DNA of 64,000 nucleotides from Barthelona sp. PCE (Eukaryota): positions 558,001 through 622,000 of the forward strand of contig JAUFOR010000002.1 in NCBI GenBank assembly GCA_040285745.1, in the 5' to 3' direction. Numbering within the stretch: position 1 is the first letter of the stretch; each line of letters starts with the position of its first letter. Below are positions 43,701 through 50,800 of the stretch, one piece after another. The notes beneath the pieces are model-generated. The model was given only the letters and a program-made list of their open reading frames with translations, was not told where the DNA came from and ran no database searches. A program made the position numbers and the translations under genes.

Positions 43701-44779
43701 TAGACGATCTGTGCCTTGACATCTTGCATATTTTCTTTAAGCTTGGTATGTTGGGACGGTACGATCCAATCACCAATATGTCGATCACAAAGGGTGTTGG
43801 TGAAAGTGAACAGCGACTTTCATTCATGTCCACGCCCACCAACGGTCTAACTCTATTCCCGGACAAGCTGCAAAAGATCACAGACACGCTATTACAGGCA
43901 GTGTCACATGATCTTCCACTAAAGAGCGATTCACCACTGTATATGGACATGTCTCCACAATCCACGATGATTTTAACACATGTGAAGCTGTTACAACGGC
44001 TTAAGAGCTCAATTCAAGAGGATTGCAACTTCATTATTACGACTTTACACGGTGAACTGTCTGGATCATCGTTAGTTTTCAAGACTCTTGCTCTCATGCT
44101 CATCAACGAGTTTATTCCTTATTCTTGGGCTTCCATCGCATATCCTTACTCTCAAGTACTGGGAAACCCTTCAGATAAGTATCCTCTTGCTTTGCTGAAG
44201 AAGGTTCCTATTTTTGAGTTCGCACGATGTATTGAGGCTCAATTCAAGTCTACACACATGCTTCTCACCAAGCTCCGCAAGAGCGCACTTAAGTTGGCGG
44301 ACATTTTCAACTCACATGTGTTCTATTGTCCTATCTTCCCGGCTTTCCATTACATTATCCAAACAACTGCACTGTATGCAGCAATGGAGAAAAAGTTCGA
44401 TAACTATTCAATCGTTGTTCATCCCAGTGATTTGGACATTGAATTTGATGCATTTGTATCCAAGGGAGTGTGTTCGAAGAGTATAATCAAGTGTTCCATG
44501 TTCCCAGTTCAGCATGCTCGCTTCCTTAACTATGAGAATAAGGATGAGCGCGCTATTGTTCAGTCCTTTGATAACATTGATTACGTTGAAAATGCAACGG
44601 TGCGTGTTGTTGAAACAAGTATCGCAAGACGTTCAGGATGGGTATCTTCATCGATGGGCGTGCTTGGTTACTATTTACCAAAATTCCTTGATCGCATTTA
44701 TCTCGGTGGTTTTTCTGTTGGTCATGAAGACATTAGTCTCATAGAAAACATCGTTATTGGTGACTTTAAGGTATTTTAA
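28715..44779 (+). CDS. Divergent dynein heavy chain-like protein (5354 aa), AAA nucleotide motifs degenerate
   Basis: DHC_N1-like (SDEVNWWENRVESL, AKSNSKFL, PYYGTEEHLDLLL), DHC_N2-like (LKPLNEDYFITYHWRHL, CPRLGFVG), AAA1-like (VPVLYPDLIDC...LVGAGCAFSDE...VLVVNC), AAA3-like (YVPTTEH), AAA4-like (HISFINGSGIDK), stalk with IYEWVQSF, AAA5-like (QWNTVTMSDD...RVSMFYDP). Confidence 0.85.
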   Translation: MLSNLLLERNPDARDNFTELFRNKFATVLGRSAADKMFEDDLFINNLRNFALDGARIGLFISILRTGGFRNTTITFYFYNDIKEALDNFESNFEMVFLLRLSTGFAISTFNPHMFIHELVHFQSGVVTSLFKAFSPPKQGKGGNILEKALSDYISSCYALMPSVSELPLLDVLEHNRGNNALFISIGKLWILLLRDTISTKRNITYLSDEVNWWENRVESLTKLLKNLKTTDVNHILKNGESIEPRLVAEIRALIKSVSDSLVIAKSNSKFLNVGLLYFQDLESNTDFSKTVYFLRAVFEVIDQIITKSPYYGTEEHLDLLLSSVVSNVISHVRKYIDSENNLCIDRFINEKNEFIADSLDFFKDHAYDYSCKCRMSLVVCREMKKLFMDYRSQQDDEEHEGNIWSAVQTISCFKELDFCIDRCMDMYEVFLITADVNLLHCISFPLIVTKEPVEQQRKTAFDADEASVILHRVPDTYVEFLLSFFVELKEIILDNYDEEKYKSKYKNLFEIERSQWSKCFFTFSQKIQMLEINLTPCIDYFLGSVMYLGTKLELLSFCRPFVQNPLLQCMSRAVRKHLLLTLHDSFSYSCFLYNQIKLIIPGVSQSAIKLPSISILFDHRNTIANVKSWDLLASDSKRKTFSTVLSKRNIVSSSGSFMGELGEDDESYQHYCDIFDFLYSMYNLVEKFIYELENIGVSRLVEVSAVTEDDTVLEDPPELEELLHLDPCSSKIVISVSLLQRLFNQQIDFLVSIRTVIIEKVMAFVESVVEDFEFKWTDISMFLSSSLLLEGRVPGQYLINENLSLQHVMKVVGELLRRLECSYINFDDKNVLDVVYRGLSKRILRIPKAFLVFKVVYSSLHFSLTAYASVISKLTLTMKKLLHQDLAKAENEFQTAVTSLTWKTHASFSHCKVLSTLVKFLRKKSGALLNVFVTIEDFFKSLQKQRIQILPDESSVYLFLKKNNSIHNKIEEQIEVFNETLRKELLVAYHSLAIGDHDPLWLQFLESVSTSVTSHIHDLIISELDLFRRVVFEETDFLIIGRTSLLGDRIVTIPSYNQRISSSTSILQQLLSHPRAPLLDFRNEKAISLDFLVTFHIHSLLRLLAIINFPDLNSLNDDQELKLLNTPRQSTGKNTTEYNMDEKPHVSEVLKFLCNDKQINIICKDLIDYVRELSFEMNTNITDTFAEFVTIINSSDRSLFSSDFDTAYATLNMDERSELTSIDELLTMLPAFNSARASITSIEKVSERVNSIQQLFKLGFIVLKTDDVIHALKTRLSRLSVNLKVKVKKTVRIFFDFLNNVIENYFFDFNQHYRILSNVGISVELTMDIVEKPMKILELFRDEVKNIEVILSSSTKFIAFLSNTELFSADSEMIVKLKDKTLLMLDRLGTCTDLCNDMFPMVQKLSTSLQSSIYTRLEEFNEVVSEYQGVLVQKIPFGSVVEFKDVPAVRKNCKEALANIESFSKTFLHKTKRFQRIIDYLKNTHKLSHFESNLENLDTIKLTISEFKAFWKTVNDTADTIEFYRTAMFKDVDLNELESTCNRLLLSVEHLENVRFYCENIPNFFVWTEEIRVLLSVFPYLKPLNEDYFITYHWRHLSNLVEMELDIKREFPILELSVRILRSVEISEALAHISHEAKLESGTLKDIATLENQWFFTKFQLSTCNLTYSKYSPLGKLENAHKLPNLTNDDFKMNGNIEEEQEEDLSASPLLSNITFDHKEDATQVFKHFYLTGISSYCDFEYHESPFFNTHLLNIFSDGLVAAANNLPLFKQLEDAFTILNKTALQTTPRMMNSLKQWKERLSAIREVIRRLFVLSFKMDATIALLALSNPIKEAEVNNEKIVEVFEVLEPIFVNDVLNDYYELLRALARCVSVLLVLDNDSMLRHLARVEDKCHKFITNVVPTAFGYEVNNCPRLGFVGVSHICVFGIILMKVIVRREGLIADGNMSQLNTPSTVNSAGSVGSETSYFSRLTGERLALDWIISAAFPSCSGVKIRHDHIVGMLEAYSPYVLKLSPPLSLHVTSFSSVLNTLESIMNLSVSGLYERAAVFERQILESNTLDAEEFITTLSELPMYVARTLFESVLHHISITKPAKYAEFVVDCKSILAKADDIRFEIANREYEYSKFFLPHQISAGVIDPFFVRSVMEGVTMSMAFNEKKKASENTSAENPSSKHEEGYYEGYSGASRDYDHHKYELGGISELGGISELGGISELGDISEMGGISEGAIKSRENSVREILAMEVNDDVLADLKSNEHLVVSIPFIYDFTTAQMTANDEGLKCTFSSQFINSKAVPVLYPDLIDCLQSIISCLNERMAMALVGAGCAFSDEIITAFSGYLMQQVLVVNCVNLTSNLNSLELFEVGLNFRFTAAKVSKATIILTNYETLHQAHRNIIHKLWMSSMVSLLIISNQVGYKEVPLCTKALVLKRDFGIYGTFLYTNFLSILQFQEYTFISGLAYLLSATLNRILSIGRQIGWKAIFRRKSLRRLLAGAKFLYHRVTKGKTMNDDEKFQTFRDCSAFILFRMIKENALPHTSHSYTNSVNSAIEFPGFAYSVLMLLGSNFSEYQKIKFGDNYDVYRDSRVNIECVDTSIVSHIFMYESLRYQYDNFVICGSEHGPYSVFKNLLQAIIDYSSSRYGKRAYLKYIILTPSVFSTFSDFREHAIAMILDLLRVFSLDIADMEKKPRLTIFLGIAGAITTSLSDFLVELRINLIQIYRPMFPDLSLPKFYCFLNYDTSQTININRNMYFIEPYRQLDQLAVQSKSFQQTTSWHDLSAVQDWGFLLFNDYYVPTTEHSMSYAIHRGNFPQISASLGGSSASDALVCLMAKFIEQKPDAYPSIFLFFFGLESRIDYMFRLYNSFSPPQAHALQILIWSVYQALYIGLRSDYRNSLNSFLRHSIAAYLANKTTSGSQFFSLGSGIFTNRSGASGKQVGSTARFSMGGGSTVRSGQTSGRSSARSFDRIGDMIVSSLYKYMAFDVDSGDEECLRLSPTAVFPLITSRLLGDLDFNICNERFLLVNYNPYYCDHPIVKVLKEREFAVKHFTYEMPESISIKQLSKEISDLLERWKLSVVKPLDINERIVFTVSHMERATRKSLDFINSLCTNKKFFEMNSSINVTFEQTFFVLTVDCFNHSYTHHSNDISNLPTKFSGYFPIDCRLIEVPNRKDFEVDQLANMLNITHKEPEFEYLMVVVDCIHYVQRALSKHLLSALGSEQFNFSKEQIPDLLKALAQFRPNPKKFGLSILSFLVFLIKAFWISRCKLESELSYAVDLVDDVIKHYVPAALVVEMLKTNEILFVHKNIIDVLNSSSSTKTLFHNEEVFVGEFYLVTDVDLYRHRSFRFLSITDMDNIQAFPMIALQQVTIATMITFIDHQHISFINGSGIDKFSILSNFVKYVFVALEGVKRPQDYTVEFIKIELEHMLNIDELIVRILKKIILSNERLILLIPSDVLIQLLDYQDEMIHAFLSLRDLCDGSHNYNRIFFKNHKLSHEFREEVDLYLDNHGGHKFFLKALKNIKLIFGLHPQMLVDDRMHDILKPFISTKFTICSTNYVNDDFVVSAQDRFIQLTLQHKKTIERELMVKQQHEEEKIRKNFFKGEVKKKQHMTLDLRKVSSVLSTSERDSLSYHLAPMYARFSEYFCVFGKPSLKKGISIIPEYDYRFCIPFIDYQHHEHFYGRYIEDVFNMILMMRRFFSKRLNISNILNSFLEWCRNLLSKSSHHRNELNTKLQSLNNEAHNILTSFVKEKAQQDQLIKKDEQLSGAVGDLQKKAEEEQGKYEFRAASFHRAASKFKNIPPIINDLVSYQKHQKNVSSTKRSAKYNMIATAFRHMMLMNQFNPTMDMIIFCFMMLIGEGQIHDDMRSIFDKFKGYITNLDDLKTILSDFDIQRVKLDVYLFVRKSFNELVFGPDVELNVIITGIYEWVQSFIDIRDVLVEVEMLRKKSDDAQREFKMGVSKAKHASDFVISSTSRIDHLQGRFAEITSDKSSLTSEIDNHQLYTESVRKLSVLLGSISMKLSAEAHGNQKNSHLRVVSASPMLNKTKSNNKRQSFSNFGEIGTPKATTPNNKHYNTPNPLETPMKLIERKDSESSARSLINVTQYDRSELEPLALSALLSSLWILVPSLNPNFHISFARETIEDLSNRGLMSQCNVTDEFVNDLISSITNIVNQEMREEISNYRPLSDVYHIELEDLQDYIDANALMTNTTADIKVTVLEEEGEFDSDFEESFNGLDKVIEDIDISNSDSVECKSDASMEERSMSMSHRSIPSTVIKEKSKVSLTSESSTLSFGFSLSNLDIPNGIAAVQNPIETILECEIEERMSQWNTVTMSDDVFASSIVTYIDTHRVSMFYDPMKVLDKYFQFCFEKTSTISIYDLTKERIIEGLRKGEHIHVLSVNPETEIPASTIPLIRKISQPGNFFEAGTESFVIPLSFHLTFRLDVPVSSPKLAMSPLAFLPAVSLTYSTQFIFDHLRYELIKAADEKVFKLLITLRQYVEFTELKIEDISKRITALLSSTPRNIAKIVENDSINSLDVLLKELSHTQSVKISSRQMIQSIENNVFDVFSDFCSTIADIISFAQTFGEFCGIKSLNLELPFIIERSLAILEDPSRSIELIESIVREIAFSIPYYSDRFLLTMFLCIRTKFTDTMIITAYHDLLTAEDGFSVIRNSFPNVFSVDFFANIQANQESLQNWVNSPDPFNTPISFAPNIEPIHRALLLMAINRSGFFETFIRICEPTIFRNLIKPILCNSNDFIVNGVQPKAGLDIYCYLHEEFHFLPKELVTLKCVDGFNDDWLKHDMVRIVDYSDNYSELVKFLLKKRPEQKVYLFVFDEQLNKLPNSILRRASFANSFSHVKTKASYSYLEAPMVYFSIVQYLLLTIYEKEKPIVGKHRQSSDWNTINALILVHSYMDFVSYSGASFAVHRMLRRIIKYCCHSGLEGDELINGLLGKHFNNGNSQYNSIDGNYILLLKTFRIQLLKLHNFTDLIRLTDLDDLCLDILHIFFKLGMLGRYDPITNMSITKGVGESEQRLSFMSTPTNGLTLFPDKLQKITDTLLQAVSHDLPLKSDSPLYMDMSPQSTMILTHVKLLQRLKSSIQEDCNFIITTLHGELSGSSLVFKTLALMLINEFIPYSWASIAYPYSQVLGNPSDKYPLALLKKVPIFEFARCIEAQFKSTHMLLTKLRKSALKLADIFNSHVFYCPIFPAFHYIIQTTALYAAMEKKFDNYSIVVHPSDLDIEFDAFVSKGVCSKSIIKCSMFPVQHARFLNYENKDERAIVQSFDNIDYVENATVRVVETSIARRSGWVSSSMGVLGYYLPKFLDRIYLGGFSVGHEDISLIENIVIGDFKVF
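35303..35392 (+). repeat. Five tandem 18-bp units encoding ELGGIS-type repeats
   Basis: gagcttggtggtatttct x2 followed by three diverged copies, inside the dynein-like CDS. Confidence 0.9.
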
Positions 44780-44808
44780 TTACCTATGTAAAAGTATCTA
44801 TTTATTAA

Positions 44809-47800
44809 TTACTCATGATTGTTGTTGAAATGGCTTCTTTGATCAGATAATTGTCTTCTGAACGTATCAATGCTATCTCTAATGCTATGTGCAAGTCCGG
44901 TACTCGATCTATCCGAGTGCAGACGCAATTTTGACATAATAACCGATTTATCGACAGTGTTTGTCTCTCCAAGGTCAATATACCGTAATGTGCTCGAGGG
45001 TTCCTCTTGAGCAAAAGTTATGTGATCAAGACTGTCGACAGACTCTGTGTCAACAGGAACAGGAACAGAAGCAGGCTTGGGAATGAAGTTAGTGTTTTGA
45101 AGTGCTGCAAAGTTAGCATTAGCTTCTAAGGAACGAATATGCATATTCTTCTCGTGCAACTCCTCTTTCAACATTGCAATTTTATGATCCTTATTCACAT
45201 AAATACTCGTAGCACTCGATAATTTATACTTTGCCTGACGCTCCTTCTTCTTCATCTCCTCCAACTCCAATTGTGTGCTGTTAAGACGTGCTTGAAGGCG
45301 GAGACGTTCTGTTAATAGGCTTTCCACATATTCTTGCGTTGATTGATAGCTTTCACCACTTGATACTGATGATTCTGGCTCAATAGTACGAGTTATGTTC
45401 TCATGTGCATAAACTTTGGGATTCTGCTGCTTAAGATGTTCTCTGCGCTTGTAAGGACTTTCAACTTGAGGATGAGGAAGCTTACGCTTAACTACAGACT
45501 TAACCTTGAAAAGACGTTTTAATGCCTTCTTCAATGAACGAACACTGTTAGGTTGATTCAAACTCATATCAAATGTGGTGCTACCCTCATTAATTTGAGA
45601 GGCCATTGTTCGTACTGTGCTCTGGTACGCCTCTAAATGACCCTTCGCTTTAATAGTCTCCTCGCGCTGATTGCAGATCCTCTTCTTAAGATGTTGAAGA
45701 ACTGCCCTAGCTTGCTCATAAGTATTTGAAGAGACTGGAAGACTCATATCCTTCGACACCTTCGCGAACACATTTCTCAACTTTGAGTGCTCCTTGTAAA
45801 CATCACTGGACAGTTCATCCTCTAAATCCTTCTTCTGCTTCAAAACATCATTATATTTCACCCGAAGAGATGAATGATCGGCTTTAAGCTTGCTGGTATT
45901 CTTGAGTAATGACTCAACATTCTTCTGCAATGTGTCCATCGATTCGTTGTGGATACCAATGAAGCGACGATACTCAGCATCCATTGAGATACGAAGATTC
46001 TCGACGTTATAAATCCAGTGGCTCTCCATTCCTCTCCTTTCCTCTTTGAGAGATTCATTTTCTTCCTTTAGCACTCTCTTTTCTTCAGAAGTCACACGTA
46101 AATCTTCAGTTATCGATTCCACCAAGTGTTCATAATGTGAAAACTTCTCCTCATCCTGGTCTCTCTTTGTGATCAAAAGAGCTGTGTTCTCCAACTGTGT
46201 TGCCTCAATAGAAGTAAGGTGCTCCCTTAGAAGAATCAGTTCACTGTTCAATAAATCGTTGGCTTCTTTCATGCGTGAATACTCTTTCTCGTTAGTCTCA
46301 TAATCCTCTATTCTATTCTTCAGCACTGTATTTTCCTCCTTTAGTTCAATACAGTATTCTGTTGCCTCCTTGAAACTAGTCTCAAGTGAATCAACAACAC
46401 TAAAAGCTTCTTGATACTCACGAATTTGTTGCTCAAGAAGCATAACTGTAACATCATCCTCTTCTTTTGCAGCGCGGAGCTCGATGATCTCTTCAGAGAC
46501 ACGAGAGTGGTCATCCTTGGAAGCAGCAATTGTGCGCTCGTACTCATCGATCTTGGCATTCAGCTCTGTGATCTGGTCGGGGAGAGGTGACAGTTCATCA
46601 ATGGTTTTCTCACATCGAGAGATCTCGGAAACAGCCTCCTCCATGCGCTTGGTGAGAGCCATGAGCTCTTCATCCTTGGCAGCAACATCATCGGCAGCCT
46701 TACTCTTTGCAGCGCGGAGCTCGATGATCTCTTCAGAGACACGAGAGTGGTCATCCTTGGAAGCAGCAATTGTGCGCTCGTACTCATCGATCTTGGCATT
46801 CAGCTCTGTGATCTGGTCGGGGAGAGGTGACAGTTCATCAATGGTTTTCTCACATCGAGAGATCTCGGAAACAGCCTCCTCCATGCGCTTGGTGAGAGCC
46901 ATGAGCTCTTCATCCTTGGCAGCAACATCATCGGCAGCCTTACTCTTTGCAGCGCGGAGCTCGATGATCTCTTCAGAGACACGAGAGTGGTCATCCTTGG
47001 AAGCAGCAATTGTGCGCTCGTACTCATCGATCTTGGCATTCAGCTCTGTGATCTGGTCGGGGAGAGGTGACAGTTCATCAATGGTTTTCTCACATCGAGA
47101 GATCTCGGAAACAGCCTCCTCCATGCGCTTGGTGAGAGCCATGAGCTCTTCATCCTTGGCAGCAACATCATCGGCAGCCTTACTCTTTGCAGCGCGGAGC
47201 TCGATGATCTCTTCAGAGACACGAGAGTGGTCATCCTTGGAAGCAGCAATTGTGCGCTCGTACTCATCGATCTTGGCATTCAGCTCTGTGATCTGGTCGG
47301 GGAGAGGTGACAGTTCATCAATGGTTTTCTCACATCGAGAGATCTCGGAAACAGCCTCCTCCATGCGCTTGGTGAGAGCCATGAGCTCTTCATCCTTGGC
47401 AGCAACATCATCGGCAGCCTTACTCTTTGCAGCGCGGAGCTCGATGATCTCTTCAGAGACACGAGAGTGGTCATCCTTGGAAGCAGCAATTGTGCGCTCG
47501 TACTCATCGATCTTGGCATTCAGCTCTGTGATCTGGTCGGGGAGAGGTGACAGTTCATCAATGGTTTTCTCACATCGAGAGATCTCGGAAACAGCCTCCT
47601 CCATGCGCTTGGTGAGAGCCATGAGCTCTGCATCCTTGGCAGCAACATCATCGGCAGCCTTACTCTTTGCAGCGCGGAGCTCGATGATCTCTTCAGAGAC
47701 ACGAGAGTGGTCATCCTTGGAAGCAGCAATTGTGCGCTCGTACTCATCGATCTTGGCATTCAGCTCTGTGATCTGGTCGGGGAGAGGTGACAGTTCATCA

Positions 47801-50800
47801 ATGGTTTTCTCACATCGAGAGATCTCGGAAACAGCCTCCTCCATGCGCTTGGTGAGAGCCATGAGCTCTTCATCCTTGGCAGCAACATCATCGGCAGCCT
47901 TACTCTTTGCAGCGCGGAGCTCGATGATCTCTTCAGAGACACGAGAGTGGTCATCCTTGGAAGCAGCAATTGTGCGCTCGTACTCATCGATCTTGGCATT
48001 CAGCTCTGTGATCTGGTCGGGGAGAGGTGACAGTTCATCAATGGTTTTCTCACATCGAGAGATCTCGGAAACAGCCTCCTCCATGCGCTTGGTGAGAGCC
48101 ATGAGCTCTGCATCCTTGGCAGCAACATCATCGGCAGCCTTACTCTTTGCAGCGCGGAGCTCGATGATCTCTTCAGAGACACGAGAGTGGTCATCCTTGG
48201 AAGCAGCAATTGTGCGCTCGTACTCATCGATCTTGGCATTCAGCTCTGTGATCTGGTCGGGGAGAGGTGACAGTTCATCAATGGTTTTCTCACATCGAGA
48301 GATCTCGGAAACAGCCTCCTCCATGCGCTTGGTGAGAGCCATGAGCTCTTCATCCTTGGCAGCAACATCATCGGCAGCCTTACTCTTTGCAGCGCGGAGC
48401 TCGATGATCTCTTCAGAGACACGAGAGTGGTCATCCTTGGAAGCAGCAATTGTGCGCTCGTACTCATCGATCTTGGCATTCAGCTCTGTGATCTGGTCGG
48501 GGAGAGGTGACAGTTCATCAATGGTTTTCTCACATCGAGAGATCTCGGAAACAGCCTCCTCCATGCGCTTGGTGAGAGCCATGAGCTCTTCATCCTTGGC
48601 AGCAACATCATCGGCAGCCTTACTCTTTGCAGCGCGGAGCTCGATGATCTCTTCAGAGACACGAGAGTGGTCATCCTTGGAAGCAGCAATTGTGCGCTCG
48701 TACTCATCGATCTTGGCATTCAGCTCTGTGATCTGGTCGGGGAGAGGTGACAGTTCATCAATGGTTTTCTCACATCGAGAGATCTCGGAAACAGCCTCCT
48801 CCATGCGCTTGGTGAGAGCCATGAGCTCTGCATCCTTGGCAGCAACATCATCGGCAGCCTTACTCTTTGCAGCGCGGAGCTCGATGATCTCTTCAGAGAC
48901 ACGAGAGTGGTCATCCTTGGAAGCAGCAATTGTGCGCTCGTACTCATCGATCTTGGCATTCAGCTCTGTGATCTGGTCGGGGAGAGGTGACAGTTCATCA
49001 ATGGTTTTCTCACATCGAGAGATCTCGGAAACAGCCTCCTCCATGCGCTTGGTGAGAGCCATGAGCTCTTCATCCTTGGCAGCAACATCATCGGCAGCCT
49101 TACTCTTTGCAGCGCGGAGCTCGATGATCTCTTCAGAGACACGAGAGTGGTCATCCTTGGAAGCAGCAATTGTGCGCTCGTACTCATCGATCTTGGCATT
49201 CAGCTCTGTGATCTGGTCGGGGAGAGGTGACAGTTCATCAATGGTTTTCTCACATCGAGAGATCTCGGAAACAGCCTCCTCCATGCGCTTGGTGAGAGCC
49301 ATGAGCTCTTCATCCTTGGCAGCAACATCATCGGCAGCCTTACTCTTTGCAGCGCGGAGCTCGATGATCTCTTCAGAGACACGAGAGTGGTCATCCTTGG
49401 AAGCAGCAATTGTGCGCTCGTACTCATCGATCTTGGCATTCAGCTCTGTGATCTGGTCGGGGAGAGGTGACAGTTCATCAATGGTTTTCTCACATCGAGA
49501 GATCTCGGAAACAGCCTCCTCCATGCGCTTGGTGAGAGCCATGAGCTCTTCATCCTTGGCAGCAACATCATCGGCAGCCTTACTCTTTGCAGCGCGGAGC
49601 TCGATGATCTCTTCAGAGACACGAGAGTGGTCATCCTTGGAAGCAGCAATTGTGCGCTCGTACTCATCGATCTTGGCATTCAGCTCTGTGATCTGGTCGG
49701 GGAGAGGTGACAGTTCATCAATGGTTTTCTCACATCGAGAGATCTCGGAAACAGCCTCCTCCATGCGCTTGGTGAGAGCCATGAGCTCTGCATCCTTGGC
49801 AGCAACATCATCGGCAGCCTTACTCTTTGCAGCGCGGAGCTCGATGATCTCTTCAGAGACACGAGAGTGGTCATCCTTGGAAGCAGCAATTGTGCGCTCG
49901 TACTCATCGATCTTGGCATTCAGCTCTGTGATCTGGTCGGGGAGAGGTGACAGTTCATCAATGGTTTTCTCACATCGAGAGATCTCGGAAACAGCCTCCT
50001 CCATGCGCTTGGTGAGAGCCATGAGCTCTTCATCCTTGGCAGCAACATCATCGGCAGCCTTACTCTTTGCAGCGCGGAGCTCGATGATCTCTTCAGAGAC
50101 ACGAGAGTGGTCATCCTTGGAAGCAGCAATTGTGCGCTCGTACTCATCGATCTTGGCATTCAGCTCTGTGATCTGGTCGGGGAGAGGTGACAGTTCATCA
50201 ATGGTTTTCTCACATCGAGAGATCTCGGAAACAGCCTCCTCCATGCGCTTGGTGAGAGCCATGAGCTCTTCATCCTTGGCAGCAACATCATCGGCAGCCT
50301 TACTCTTTGCAGCGCGGAGCTCGATGATCTCTTCAGAGACACGAGAGTGGTCATCCTTGGAAGCAGCAATTGTGCGCTCGTACTCATCGATCTTGGCATT
50401 CAGCTCTGTGATCTGGTCGGGGAGAGGTGACAGTTCATCAGCTTCGTTAGTTAAAATCTTCAACTTCTCCATCAACTCCCTTTTTTCTTCAACCAAGACA
50501 AAAACTTCCTGTTTATGATTATTCATCAATTCTTCCACTTGTAAAAACTCTTCATTCTTCTCCTTAAGCTCATTATAACGTTGTTCAACAATAATATATT
50601 CTTCAACAACTTCATTGTGTCGATCCTTAAAAGAATCTCGCTCATCTATTACTTTTTTTAAATCACTAGTTAACAATTCTACTCTTTTAATCAATTTGGA
50701 ATTTCTATCTTGATATAACGATAATGCATTCCGAATACCTTCTACATCAATACTCGCATTAGTTTTCTCCAAACTTTCAATCTTTCTCTTTGCAATATTA

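Noticed and set aside
46466-50440. Possible CRISPR array or non-coding satellite
   Set aside because: No unique spacers; the units are contiguous, 240 bp and in frame within a CDS.
46484-50518. 1344-aa Ser-rich plus-strand ORF and the series of 79-aa minus-strand ORFs
   Set aside because: Antisense and off-frame shadows of the 240-bp repeat; the coiled-coil frame extends well beyond the array on both sides.
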